64,000 bases of DNA from Pirellulales bacterium. GTDB taxonomy: Bacteria > Planctomycetota > Planctomycetia > Pirellulales > UBA1268. This document shows, one piece after another, positions 55,131-64,000 of the stretch (position 1 is its first letter; each line of letters begins with the position of its first letter). The notes beneath the pieces are model-generated. The model saw only the letters and a program-made list of their open reading frames with translations, was not told the DNA's origin and searched no databases. The DNA is taken from the NCBI GenBank assembly GCA_041746715.1, contig JBGTGN010000095.1, positions 12,685 to 76,684 on the forward strand. Direction: 5' to 3'. A program made the translations under genes and the position numbers.

Positions 55131-55877
55131 CTAGGCCACGAGTCGCATTTCGGGCACTTCGCCGGTGATCCCGATGATGAACTCCTCGAAAATCTTCACG
55201 TCGAGCGCTGATGCAGAATCGGCCTCGGGGTGGAACTGCACACCGATGACGGTCCAGTTTTCGACCGCGCTCTCGAACGCCTCGACAACCCCATCGGGGG
55301 CCCGAGCCGTGACGCGGAAGCTGTTGGCCAGGTCGTCGATGGCCATGTGGTGCATGCTGTTCACGCGAATCTCACCATCGCCGTAGACCCGCTCCATGAC
55401 GGAGCCGCGCTCGACGAGCAGGGCATGACGATGGGCCAGGTCGGTCGGATCTTTGTGGGGGATCGCCTTGGGGAGATCTTCCGGAAGGTGGAGGAAGAGT
55501 GTGCCCCCCTCGGTGATGTTCAGGAGCTGCATTCCGCAGCCGATCCCGAGCACCGGCAAGTGGCGAGCACAGGCATGCTTGGCGAGCATGCGGTCGAAAT
55601 CCTCACGGCGAGGTTCCATCGGGCGGACGGCCGGATGCGGCATGTAGCCGTCGCGGCGGGGGTCGAGGTCAGAACCGCCTACGAGCACGATGCCATCGAG
55701 CATGTCGAGCACGCGAACGACGTCCTCCTCGTCGGTCAGCGGAGGCAGGATCACGGGAATGCCACCCGACGCCAGGATCCCGTCGTAGTAGCCGGCTGCG
55801 ATGAACGAGAGAGCGGCGTGCTCCTTGCGGCCAGAGCGATAGTCGGTGTTGATGCCAATCAGCGGCTTTGCAGCCAT
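55131..55877 (-). CDS. gamma-glutamyl-GABA hydrolase-like class I glutamine amidotransferase (peptidase C26)
   Basis: GGSDLDP, GIGCGMQLLN and FHPE. Start chosen at MAAKPLIGI. Confidence 0.8.
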   Translation of the reverse strand: MAAKPLIGINTDYRSGRKEHAALSFIAAGYYDGILASGGIPVILPPLTDEEDVVRVLDMLDGIVLVGGSDLDPRRDGYMPHPAVRPMEPRREDFDRMLAKHACARHLPVLGIGCGMQLLNITEGGTLFLHLPEDLPKAIPHKDPTDLAHRHALLVERGSVMERVYGDGEIRVNSMHHMAIDDLANSFRVTARAPDGVVEAFESAVENWTVIGVQFHPEADSASALDVKIFEEFIIGITGEVPEMRLVA

Positions 55878-56112
55878 GGGGGTCCTCCGTGACAGAGAAT
55901 CAAGCCGGCTCCCATCCATGGGTACCGGGCCGCGTGGTTGCGACGGCGGCGAGGATAGGCGTGACAAGTCCGATTGCAACGATTTTTCCGATTTTGTGGT
56001 GTGGATGGGCGGTGGCCACTATATGGTGTGCTAGCACCGCAAGTGCTAGCACGCGAGACACGCTGGCGGCCCGGTTCAGCGCCGCATGGAAACGCCTGCG
56101 ATCGGGGGCGCT

Positions 56113-56257
56113 GTGGGGCTCGGGGTTGCCCATGCCACATCGCCGGACGTTTGCTACGGGCATCCATGCCCTTCGCTCACTCGATGTTTGCTGCGCTCTC
56201 GCCATCCTGGCTTCGCTTGCAAACAACGCCGGCTCTGTGGCACGTGCAACCCCTCGC
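56113..56257. repeat. palindromic repeat family, copy D (full length)
   Basis: Left arm gtggggctcggggttgcccatgccacatcgccggacg; right arm cgccggctctgtggcacgtgcaacccctcgc. Confidence 0.85.
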
Positions 56258-56401
56258 TGGAACGCCGTTGATGGCGCCCCGGCTGCCACGGCGCACTACA
56301 CACCGTAGCGCGTACGAGCACGGGAGCCCGGAGGTGCGACCGCCGGGCGGAGGCCCGGCAAGGCCGGCGGGAGCATGGATGCCCCGACGGCCGAAAAGCC
56401 A
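56258..56401. repeat. GC-rich tail module related to 43350-43440
   Basis: Shares gggagcc, ggcaaggcc and catggatgSccc.a.ggcc segments with the copy C tail. Similarity was judged by eye. Confidence 0.45.
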
Positions 56402-56473
56402 GTTTGCTGCGCTCTCGCCATCCTGGCTTCGCTTGCAAACAACGCCGGCTCTGTGGCACGTGCAACCCCTCGC
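56402..56473. repeat. copy E: 72-bp exact duplicate of the right half of copy D
   Basis: gtttgctgcgctctcgccatcctggcttcgcttgcaaacaacgccggctctgtggcacgtgcaacccctcgc is identical at 56186-56257 and 56402-56473. Confidence 0.9.
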
Positions 56474-56527
56474 GTGAAGCGTGATGAAGGACTCAATTCT
56501 ACGGCCGCCAGGAGGCTGGGCCGCTGC

Positions 56528-57526
56528 CTACGCCCCGATCCAGGTCGCGTTCTTAAAGCTTCGCATCCAGGTTCGCTGTCGCTTCGCGAGCTGGTGGGTG
56601 CGGAGCTGTGTGCGTGCGATGGCCTCGGCGCGGTTGATGCGACCGGCGAGGAGGTCGATTGCCTCGGCGTATCCGGCAGCCTGGCGGGCGGTCGGGCCGA
56701 TGCCGCCGGGGGAGGCGAGAGCGGCTTCGGTCTCTTCAAGGATGCCGCCTGTAAACATCGACTCGACGCGTCGGTTGATGCGATCTCGGAGCGTTTGCCG
56801 TGTGACATCGAGAATCATGAGTCGCTGCTCGAAGAGCGGACTGGGGGTCGCGGTGTGAGACGCCGAAAGCGGGCGGCCTGTGATCGTGGCGACTTCGAGC
56901 GATCGTACGATCCGCGTGGCGTCATGGGGATGGATGCGGGCTGCCGATGCGGGGTCGATCGTGGCCAAACGGGCATGGAGGTGCTCGGGGCCATCGGCGG
57001 CGACCTGGGCCATGAGCGCTGCGCGGACGACCGGGTCTGCGGCGGGGAGCTCGGCGAGTCCATCCCGCATGCCTCTGAGATAGAGCGGTGTTCCGCCGAC
57101 AAACAGAATGGCACGGCCCCGCGAGCGGCAGTCTTCGACGGCCACGGCGGCGGCCTCGAGCCACGCTGCCACACTGAACGTTTTGGCCGGCGAAACGAGG
57201 TCGAGGCAGTGGTGGGGGACGGCGGCTCGATCGGCGTTCGACGGTTTTGCAGTGCCGATATCGAGGCCCCGGTATACGGCAATCGAGTCAACACTCACGA
57301 TTTCCGCCCCGAGCCTTTGGGCCAGGGCGATGCCAAGGGCCGACTTGCCGGCGGCCGTCGGCCCGGTGAGAAACCAGCAGTCTTCCCCGAGAACGGGGCC
57401 GATGGGGCAGGGAGAGCCCGGGGGGCATGCTAGAGTTGAGCAGTTCGCCGCTGGCGGCCGGAGCGGATCCGGTGGCCCAGCGGTCGGCCCTGGCTCCGGA
57501 GTCGTTCGTGGCGGATTTCCAGACAT
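56528..57526 (-). CDS. miaA: tRNA dimethylallyltransferase
   Basis: P-loop GPTAAGKS, VDSIAVYRGLDIGTAKP and GGTPLYL. The only in-frame ATG upstream of the P-loop (57526) gives a ~50-aa Pro-rich extension, so the start is uncertain. Confidence 0.85.
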   Translation of the reverse strand: MSGNPPRTTPEPGPTAGPPDPLRPPAANCSTLACPPGSPCPIGPVLGEDCWFLTGPTAAGKSALGIALAQRLGAEIVSVDSIAVYRGLDIGTAKPSNADRAAVPHHCLDLVSPAKTFSVAAWLEAAAVAVEDCRSRGRAILFVGGTPLYLRGMRDGLAELPAADPVVRAALMAQVAADGPEHLHARLATIDPASAARIHPHDATRIVRSLEVATITGRPLSASHTATPSPLFEQRLMILDVTRQTLRDRINRRVESMFTGGILEETEAALASPGGIGPTARQAAGYAEAIDLLAGRINRAEAIARTQLRTHQLAKRQRTWMRSFKNATWIGA

Positions 57527-57870
57527 CAAAGCGGTCAGCAGGCGATGTGCTCGAGGCGCTCGAGCAGGTGATTGTCGCGCGGAAGGGGGGCGACGGGAGT
57601 CGATCCTACACCGCCCGGCTACTCGCTGGCGGCGTCGAGGTAGCCGGGGCGAAGGTGACCGAAGAGGCCCGTGAGTTCGTGCAGGCCGCCGAGGCCGAGG
57701 CCGATGAGAGAGTCGTCTCTGAGGCAGCCGATCTCTTCTACCACGCGATGGTACTGCTGGCGTGTAGGGATGTCTCGCTTGACCAGGTCGCTGGCGAGCT
57801 ATCCCGAAGGTTTGGCGTGTCGGGGCTTGCAGAGAAGGCGGCCAGGGCAAGCGGCGGAGGAAACGGATGA
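57508..57870 (+). CDS. hisE: phosphoribosyl-ATP pyrophosphatase
   Basis: VLEALEQVIVARK...SYTARLL...KVTEEA.E......E..DL.YH..VLL. Start is ambiguous (GTG 57508 or ATG 57427). Confidence 0.8.
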   Translation: MADFQTSKRSAGDVLEALEQVIVARKGGDGSRSYTARLLAGGVEVAGAKVTEEAREFVQAAEAEADERVVSEAADLFYHAMVLLACRDVSLDQVAGELSRRFGVSGLAEKAARASGGGNG

Positions 57871-58739
57871 CCGATCACGATGGCGAATGGCTCCTGCGGA
57901 TTGGTGTACCGAGCAAGGGTCGGCTGGCCGAGCTTGCCGCGCAGCTCTTGGCTGACGCCGGTCTTTCGTTTCGACGGACGGATCGGAGCCTGTTCGCCCG
58001 CTGCAAAGACATGCCGGTCGAGATCACGTTCCTCCGCACCGACGACATCCCTGTTCTTGTGGCCGAGGGTGCGATAGGGCTAGGGATCACCGGGGCAGAC
58101 CTCGTTGCCGAGAGTGGGGCCGAGGTGGTGCATCGGCTTGATCTGGGGGTCGGAAGTTGCCGGCTGGCCCTCTGTGTGCCCGACGACTCCCCCATCAGTG
58201 GCCCAGAAGGGCTGGCGGGGTGTCGCCTTGCCACGAGTTTTCCGAGGATCACGAGTGAGTGGCTCGCTGATCGCGGCGTGACCGACGCGCATTTCGTAAC
58301 CCTCTCGGGAAGCGTTGAGGTCATGATCACGCTCGGCGTTGCCGACGCGATCGTCGACCTTGTCGAGACGGGAAGCACGCTGGCCGCCAACCGGCTTCGT
58401 GTGCTCGAAGAGATCGGTCGCTATGAGACGGTCCTGGTGCAGGACCCGAACCTGTCACATCCGGAACTGGCCGACCGTATCGTCCGACGGCTCGAAGGCA
58501 TTGTTATTGCGCGCGGCTGGTCGCTCCTCGAATACAACGTGCCCCGGGCAAGGCTGGCCGAGGCCGAACGACTCACGCCCGGGTTCAAGTCGCCCACGGT
58601 CATGGGCCTCGAGGATCCTTCATGGTGCGCCATCCGGTCGATGGTACGGCGAGGTGATGTGCATGCTGTGATCGAGCGTCTCGAAGCGATCGGCGCCTCC
58701 GCCATCATCGAGACCAGGATCACGAACTGCCGACTGTGA
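57867..58739 (+). CDS. hisG: ATP phosphoribosyltransferase (long form)
   Basis: LRIGVPSKGRL, LRTDDIPVLV, DLVETGSTL, and a C-terminal regulatory domain. ATGA overlap with hisE. Confidence 0.92.
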   Translation: MTDHDGEWLLRIGVPSKGRLAELAAQLLADAGLSFRRTDRSLFARCKDMPVEITFLRTDDIPVLVAEGAIGLGITGADLVAESGAEVVHRLDLGVGSCRLALCVPDDSPISGPEGLAGCRLATSFPRITSEWLADRGVTDAHFVTLSGSVEVMITLGVADAIVDLVETGSTLAANRLRVLEEIGRYETVLVQDPNLSHPELADRIVRRLEGIVIARGWSLLEYNVPRARLAEAERLTPGFKSPTVMGLEDPSWCAIRSMVRRGDVHAVIERLEAIGASAIIETRITNCRL

Positions 58740-58798
58740 AGCGGCACGGGGCGAGCCCTCGCGGATGACGTCGCGATGGGCGCACCGGCCGTGACGCA

Positions 58799-59932
58799 TC
58801 ACTTTCCGTACGTGATGCCTTTGCGGGCGGCCTGTTCGCGGACGGTGCTCGCCACCTCGCCATCAAAGGCGTCTCCCTCGCCTTCCTTAGCCAGTCTCTT
58901 TCGCTCAGCGACGATGTGGGCATTTCGCTCGGCGAGCAGCGTGTCGAGCTTCGCCTGAAGCTCTTTTCGCTTGGCCCGTTTGGCTTCAACAAAGGCCTCG
59001 CGGGCTTCAGGGGCGAGTGACCGGAGCTCCTCGGGGAGCTCTTCATCCTTCAGGTCGGCGAGCTTCGCCTCGTCGCGATCGATCGCGTCGATCAGTTCGC
59101 CGGTTCCTTGAACCGCTCTGCCAGTGGCGGCGTTGTATCGGAGGCGGTCGGCTGTCGCACTCGCCGGAGCAGCTTCGGAAGCTGCCTGCTTGGCTACCAC
59201 CTCACGGCGTGCGTCCTCCTTCCCGTAACAGACCAGCGTTTCACCGATCGCGGAGTTGAGCACGGCGATCTCCTTGTCTTGCGGGGCGTCGATCCGCACC
59301 ATGCCGCCGGTCTGCACGAGCGGGATATATTTTCCTTCACCGAGCTTGGCAATCTCTTTCCACACGCGGGCCGTGTCGTCCTGCTGGCCACACTGCACGG
59401 CGTTGATGACGAGGTCCCGCTTCATCGCGGCCTGGCAGACTTCGGGGTAACGGACGTCTTGGTCGTAGTCCATGTGGGGCGGTGCGTCGCCGACAAGAAA
59501 AATGATCTTGAGAACGTTGCGGTCGTCGCTCCAGGAAACCTTGGAGACCGCTTCATGGAGGGCCTGGTTGACCGACTCGGGCCCGTCACCGCCTCCTCCG
59601 GCGGAGAACTCCATGAGACGGGCATGGATTGTGTCGATGTCGGCGGTCAGATCGGTGACCTTCGTGATGTAGACATCGCCGCGGTCGCGGTAGCCCACGA
59701 GGGCGAGTTCGAGATCGGGTGTGGGCTTCGCCGCGATCATGTCGTTGGCAATGCTCCATATTTTTTCCTTCGCTCCGTCGATGAGGCCCGACATGGAGCC
59801 GGTCGTATCGAGGACGAAGCAGACCTGGATGCGTGGCTTCGTCGCGTCCTTCACGTCTTTGGGAGCCTCGCCGCGAACGGGAGATGCCACCATCGCGACC
59901 AGGCAACAGACGAATGAGAAAAAGGGTTTCAT
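58799..59932 (-). CDS. secreted von Willebrand factor A domain protein with C-terminal coiled coil
   Basis: Signal peptide, MIDAS motif VLDTTGSMSG, and GGGDGPES...FLVGDAPPH. Confidence 0.8.
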   Translation of the reverse strand: MKPFFSFVCCLVAMVASPVRGEAPKDVKDATKPRIQVCFVLDTTGSMSGLIDGAKEKIWSIANDMIAAKPTPDLELALVGYRDRGDVYITKVTDLTADIDTIHARLMEFSAGGGGDGPESVNQALHEAVSKVSWSDDRNVLKIIFLVGDAPPHMDYDQDVRYPEVCQAAMKRDLVINAVQCGQQDDTARVWKEIAKLGEGKYIPLVQTGGMVRIDAPQDKEIAVLNSAIGETLVCYGKEDARREVVAKQAASEAAPASATADRLRYNAATGRAVQGTGELIDAIDRDEAKLADLKDEELPEELRSLAPEAREAFVEAKRAKRKELQAKLDTLLAERNAHIVAERKRLAKEGEGDAFDGEVASTVREQAARKGITYGK

Positions 59933-59965
59933 GGCACAGGGCTCCTCAGGAGAATTTCAGGCGAG

Positions 59966-62239
59966 TCACTCCACAACTTCGACAACCGTGTCGCCGACGA
60001 GGACGACAACGTTTCGGCCGAGGGCGAGCCATCGGGCCGCCGAAGGATCACGGTCGAGAAGCTTGAAATAGGCGTCGGAGTTGAACCGAACCTTCTCGCG
60101 GCGTGCCCCCGGATGCTCCTGCACGCGGGAGTCGATCCACTGGGACGCGTTGGCGTAGAACGTGCGGCTCGCGATGGTGCGAGTCTGTTGACCATCAACA
60201 ACCCGCCGCACGGCGGCTGCTTCGCCAGCCTCCTCACCAGCCTGTCCTCGCCATGACTTCGCGTTCGCGATCGCGGGGGCGGCGACATTTTCGGCGTCGC
60301 GAAGGGCATCGAACGCGAGGGCATCGCCGACAGCACCTGAACCGCTCTGCTTCTCCCGGACTGCACCATACATCCGCGCCGCTTCGGCTCGAGCTGGCTG
60401 GTCTGCGTCGAATGATTGCAGCGTTCGATTATGGCCCGCCACGTTCCGCCGGCCCTCATCTTCGAGGATGAGCCATGACGTGTAGGGCGTCACGATCCCG
60501 TAGCGGCGAGCGAGCGTGGCTGCTTCGTCACGAAGCTCCTTGCTCTCGCCGTGGAGCCGAATCTGATCAAGCAGAAAGCCGACGCGGCGGGTGGCCCAAA
60601 GCCGTGGGAGAAACTCTCGGCGATCATCGGCATCCGAGAATGACTTGGTGATCGTGAACTTCCGCTGCTCGCCGGCGACCGTGCCGGTCAGCGTGATCGT
60701 GGCCCGCCCATCTCCCGAATAGCGCCCGAGGACGACGAGCTGCTCTCCCTTGAAGAGGTCGGGGAGCGGTGAGGGATGGAGCTTTGTGATCCGAACGGGC
60801 CCATCGGCGGTGATCTCGAGGTCAGCCAACACGGGGCTCGCGATCTTGCCGTAGAAGCTCGCCAGAGCAAGCTCGAGATCCTCGTCGGGAAGGACATACT
60901 CGCTCGCGGCTCGCGTCTTCTCGACGATCCGGTCCAGCAGGTGTGTATTGACATCGGTGCCCACGCCAAAACAGAAGACGCGCACGGCCTTCGTTCTGGT
61001 TGCATCCGTCACAAGGGTCACGAGCTTGTCGACATCCGTCGTGCCCACCGTGGGCAGGCCGTCAGTGAGAAACACAACGAAGCAGGGCCGCGTGGCGTCA
61101 TGGTCGGCCGTGGCGAGCTTCAGACCCCGCGCCAAAGCATCCGCGATGGCCGTGCCCCCGATCGGCTTGAAGCTCTTTGTGAAGGCGATGGCCTTGTTTC
61201 GTGACGCCTCGTCCGCAGGCAGAAGCGTGTCGGAAAGTGTCTCGGCCTCGGTCGCAAATCGAACGACTCCAAAACGGTCGCGTTCGTCGAGGTTCCGGAG
61301 GCAAAACTCAAGCGCCCGGCGGGCCTGGCCGAGCTTGTCGCCATCGGCCATCGAGCCAGAGGTGTCAATCACAAAGACGATGTCTTTTGCCTGCGGCGAG
61401 GCATCGATCGCCGAGGGCGACGGTGCGGCGAACAGGGCAAAGGTGCCTTCATCGTCGCCACCTTCACGATGGCAGAGCATCCCCAGTCCGATGTCGTCAG
61501 TCGGCTCGACGCCGTAGACGACCTGAAAATCGGTGTCAGGCCGAACGTCTGTTGCCTCGAACCCAAGAACAGCTCTCGTGTCACCATCTCGCTTGATATC
61601 GACGTCGTGGCTGGGCGAGGTGATGGTCGTAAGGGGCTCTGACGTCTCGAGCTTCACGGTGACGCTCACCGAGTCGATAGGTTTGGCCGAAAACTTTTCG
61701 GTGTTCAAGGGATAGCGATACTCGACGAGCCCGCTATCCAGCCGAAGCAGTTGGGTGTATTTCAGCCGCACTCGCTTTTCCTTGTGGGCCTCGAGCGGGA
61801 AGATTCGCACCTTGAAGAGATCCTGGCCCACATACTCGAGAAGGGCCGGGTCTTTCATGCTGCGAACGATGTCTTCGTAGATCTTTCGGGCTTTCGTGGC
61901 ATCGAGCAGCTCTGCCTCAGTGAGCTTCCCGTCGATGTCCATCGCGAAGGAATCGATCTTCGCGCCCTTGGGGACGGGAAAGAGATAGGTTCCCTCGAGC
62001 TGCTGGGCGTTCGGGTTGAAGAATGTCTGGTCGACTTCGGTCGTGGCCAGTTGGTCTTTGATGGAGACGGTCACGTGATGACGCCGCACCTCGAGCGGGG
62101 CGAAGGCGTAGGGAACATGCGGCTGCGGCCGCCAGCCCGGCGGGGGGCGGTCGATAACGATGAGCCCATCGGCCCTGGCGATCGTGGCCACGAGGCAAAG
62201 AAGCAATACGAGCAGGAGACCGCCGTGACGGGATGACAT
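59966..62239 (-). CDS. VIT domain plus vWA domain protein (inter-alpha-trypsin-inhibitor-like architecture)
   Basis: Signal peptide. VIT region (VTVSIKDQLATTEVDQTFFNPNAQQLEGTYLFPVP). vWA MIDAS motif VIDTSGSMADG. Confidence 0.85.
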   Translation of the reverse strand: MSSRHGGLLLVLLLCLVATIARADGLIVIDRPPPGWRPQPHVPYAFAPLEVRRHHVTVSIKDQLATTEVDQTFFNPNAQQLEGTYLFPVPKGAKIDSFAMDIDGKLTEAELLDATKARKIYEDIVRSMKDPALLEYVGQDLFKVRIFPLEAHKEKRVRLKYTQLLRLDSGLVEYRYPLNTEKFSAKPIDSVSVTVKLETSEPLTTITSPSHDVDIKRDGDTRAVLGFEATDVRPDTDFQVVYGVEPTDDIGLGMLCHREGGDDEGTFALFAAPSPSAIDASPQAKDIVFVIDTSGSMADGDKLGQARRALEFCLRNLDERDRFGVVRFATEAETLSDTLLPADEASRNKAIAFTKSFKPIGGTAIADALARGLKLATADHDATRPCFVVFLTDGLPTVGTTDVDKLVTLVTDATRTKAVRVFCFGVGTDVNTHLLDRIVEKTRAASEYVLPDEDLELALASFYGKIASPVLADLEITADGPVRITKLHPSPLPDLFKGEQLVVLGRYSGDGRATITLTGTVAGEQRKFTITKSFSDADDRREFLPRLWATRRVGFLLDQIRLHGESKELRDEAATLARRYGIVTPYTSWLILEDEGRRNVAGHNRTLQSFDADQPARAEAARMYGAVREKQSGSGAVGDALAFDALRDAENVAAPAIANAKSWRGQAGEEAGEAAAVRRVVDGQQTRTIASRTFYANASQWIDSRVQEHPGARREKVRFNSDAYFKLLDRDPSAARWLALGRNVVVLVGDTVVEVVE

Positions 62240-62464
62240 GGTTCATGGGCTCCGGATGAGACTGGGATACGAGACGCATTATCCACGACGGGGCCGCTTG
62301 CTTCGGTAACACGTCTGTCACTGAGACGACGGGTGAGCAGGGAAGTTCCCGATGGCGCCCGGGGCCCTTCTTTGCGGGCAAAACAAGCCTTGCCCGCAAC
62401 GCCTGTGGCTGCGACCCTCTCAGCCCTCGTGGGTTTGGCCCGCGTGAACGACAGGTGTGTTGCT

Positions 62465-63442
62465 ATGAGACGGCTGCGACGACTTCGGGCGGGAATACGT
62501 CTCGACCATGAGGTGCTCGAGATCGGGCCGTACCATGCGCCGATCGCGCCAAAGGCACTTGGCTATCAGACGACAACGCTGGATCTTGTGGATGCCAGTG
62601 AGCTTCGCCGTCGGGCTGCTGCCGACCCATCGATCGATGACGCTGGCCTCCAGGCGATCGAGGACGTCGATCTGGTCGGTTCGGCATGTGACGTGGCCGA
62701 CCTCGTGCGAAAGCGTTTTGGGCCCGAAAAGCGCTTCGACTGGGTGCTCTCATCGCACACCATCGAGCACACGCCTGACCCGATCCGGTTCCTCGAGCAG
62801 TGTGCCGAGGTGCTCACCGTCGGAGGCATTCTCCGCATGGCCGTGCCCGACAAGCGAGGGTGTTTCGATCACTTTCGACCATCGAGCGATGTCAGCGAAT
62901 GGGTGCAGGCCTACCGGGAACGCCGCACGCGGCCCACCGTCTACCAGGTGTTTCGCGAGGAGTGTTATCGAGCCGAGGTGACGAATCGTAGTGGCGAGCC
63001 GATCGTGTGGCGGCTGGGGGAAGTGCCCGCCCGAGATGCCAAGCCCGTGGAGCGCAGCCTCGAGGTTTTTCGGGCATGGTTCGGCCCAAACGGAGCCGAA
63101 CCGGCAGACTATATCGACACCCACTGCTGGGCATTCACCCCCGAATCATTCGAGCTTCTGATTCGCGATACCATCGCGTTCGGTCTGGTGCCACTCGCCG
63201 TCGATCGTGTCTCACGCACGCACGGCCATGAGTTTTTTATCGACCTTCGTCGGACCGCGCCGACCGGCACGTTCGATGAGCGCGACTACTTCGAAGCCCG
63301 CCGCCGACTCCTCAGGCGCACGGTGTGGCACGACTCCATGGGGCTCTCCCTCGCCATGCCACTGGCTGTCATCCGTCGCACGATTCGCCGACTGGCTCGG
63401 CTCGTAAAGTCGGGGTTGCAACCGGCAGCGTGCCTGCGATAA
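62465..63442 (+). CDS. class I SAM-dependent methyltransferase
   Basis: VLEIGPYHAP, FDWVLSSHTIEHTPDP and GGILRMAVPD. Start chosen at MRRLRRL. Confidence 0.7.
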   Translation: MRRLRRLRAGIRLDHEVLEIGPYHAPIAPKALGYQTTTLDLVDASELRRRAAADPSIDDAGLQAIEDVDLVGSACDVADLVRKRFGPEKRFDWVLSSHTIEHTPDPIRFLEQCAEVLTVGGILRMAVPDKRGCFDHFRPSSDVSEWVQAYRERRTRPTVYQVFREECYRAEVTNRSGEPIVWRLGEVPARDAKPVERSLEVFRAWFGPNGAEPADYIDTHCWAFTPESFELLIRDTIAFGLVPLAVDRVSRTHGHEFFIDLRRTAPTGTFDERDYFEARRRLLRRTVWHDSMGLSLAMPLAVIRRTIRRLARLVKSGLQPAACLR

Positions 63443-64000
63443 CGCGGCCACGACGCAGCGTGGTCACGACGACGGTACCAGGATCGATCGCGGCAGCATA
63501 CGGATCCGTCACAGGAAGTGGCGATCGCAGCACGACAAGATCGGCCGGTCGCCCGGCATCGATGTGGCCGGCGCGGTCTTCGAGATCGAGCGCCCAGGCG
63601 GCGTGAACGGTCGCCATGCGAAGGGCTTCCGCTGGGCGAGCGAGCCCGGCATCCTCCAGCGTGCGACATTCGGCGAGCACCGACAGATCGGGATTGCTTG
63701 CCCGGCTGTCGGTGCCGATCGCCACGCGAATGCCAGCGGCGGCCAGGAGCGGAACGGGTGGGAGCCGTCCTGCGATCGCACGCGTCGTCCGCGGACAGAC
63801 CGCGACGGCGAGGCGGTCACGGTGCCTCGCAAGCCTCGCAAGAGCCTCAGGATCTTGCTCGATGTGCGTGGCATGGACGACGATGCCGCGGTGAGCGCTC
63901 GCAAGCCGATCAATCCATTCGGCCGCGGGCACAAGCGACGGGGGATATCGCGAGTCCCAGGCTCCGAGGTCCTCGAGGAGTTGCCGAAAGGGACCGATGC
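63369..64000 (-). CDS. amidohydrolase-family protein (chlorohydrolase/MtaD/aminofutalosine-deaminase-like), C-terminal part; gene continues beyond the window
   Basis: Frame is open to position 64000. IGTDSRASNPDLS and ALRMATVHAAWALDLEDRAGHIDAGRPADLVVL. Confidence 0.7.
   Translation of the reverse strand, partial: IGPFRQLLEDLGAWDSRYPPSLVPAAEWIDRLASAHRGIVVHATHIEQDPEALARLARHRDRLAVAVCPRTTRAIAGRLPPVPLLAAAGIRVAIGTDSRASNPDLSVLAECRTLEDAGLARPAEALRMATVHAAWALDLEDRAGHIDAGRPADLVVLRSPLPVTDPYAAAIDPGTVVVTTLRRGRVIAGTLPVATPTLRAEPVGESCDG

Noticed and set aside
55974-56477. 167-aa ORF, plus related ORFs 4779..5282, 43064..43525 and 56296..56808, containing GCPCHIAGR-type peptides.
   Set aside because: They are translations of the palindromic repeat family and its tails. 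The same peptide recurs wherever the repeat occurs, on either strand.
62372-62399. Perfect 10-bp inverted repeat ttgcgggcaa-N8-ttgcccgcaa in the divergent VIT-vWA / methyltransferase intergenic region.
   Set aside because: It has no flanking U-tract on either strand and no second copy or known operator consensus. It is noted as a possible operator but cannot be assigned.
1-64000. CRISPR arrays and rRNA genes.
   Set aside because: I saw no regularly spaced short direct repeats. The only recurrent repeats are dispersed palindromic elements with irregular spacing. No rRNA-like sequence was recognised.

Overview
GC-rich bacterial chromosomal segment (GC judged by eye, not computed). A PEP-CTERM/FGE-domain protein, a membrane Ser/Thr kinase, several zinc-ribbon membrane proteins, VIT-vWA proteins and sulfotransferases suggest a Planctomycetota-like host, but this is inference only. 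Most of the window is housekeeping: sucA-sucB-lpdA, aspS, dcd, nth, folE, a YdiJ-like FAD/Fe-S oxidoreductase followed by moaD-moaE-moaA and a class-V aminotransferase, pyrD, trpS, acpS, topA, glgB, miaA and hisE-hisG. Four things stand out. (1) An ~8.8-kb integrative element sits in tRNA-Val(UAC), bounded by a perfect 21-bp direct repeat (20939-20959 / 29758-29778). It carries a tyrosine integrase, two AlpA/Xis-type HTH genes, an AEP-primase/P-loop helicase fusion and about 4 kb of unknown cargo, with no visible structural, lysis or conjugation genes, so its architecture resembles a phage satellite (PICI/P4-like). (2) A family of intergenic palindromic MITE/REP-like elements (about 80-145 bp) has terminal inverted repeats GGGGTTGCCCGTGCCACA / TGTGGCACGGGCAACCCC. 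I found at least five clear and two degenerate copies, including a 72-bp exact duplication and one degenerate copy beside a 26-bp duplication of the tRNA-Arg 3' end. (3) A glycan-modification cluster contains a fused double sulfotransferase, a GT2-like protein and a DegT-type aminotransferase; an orphan, visibly lower-GC sugar N-formyltransferase lies next to the island's attL. (4) A promoter-like site plus a canonical intrinsic terminator delimit a candidate ~90-nt leader or sRNA between topA and a PpiD-like gene. I saw no rRNA and no CRISPR array. Many long antisense ORFs in the track are high-GC artefacts. Start codons were refined by hand and several remain uncertain.
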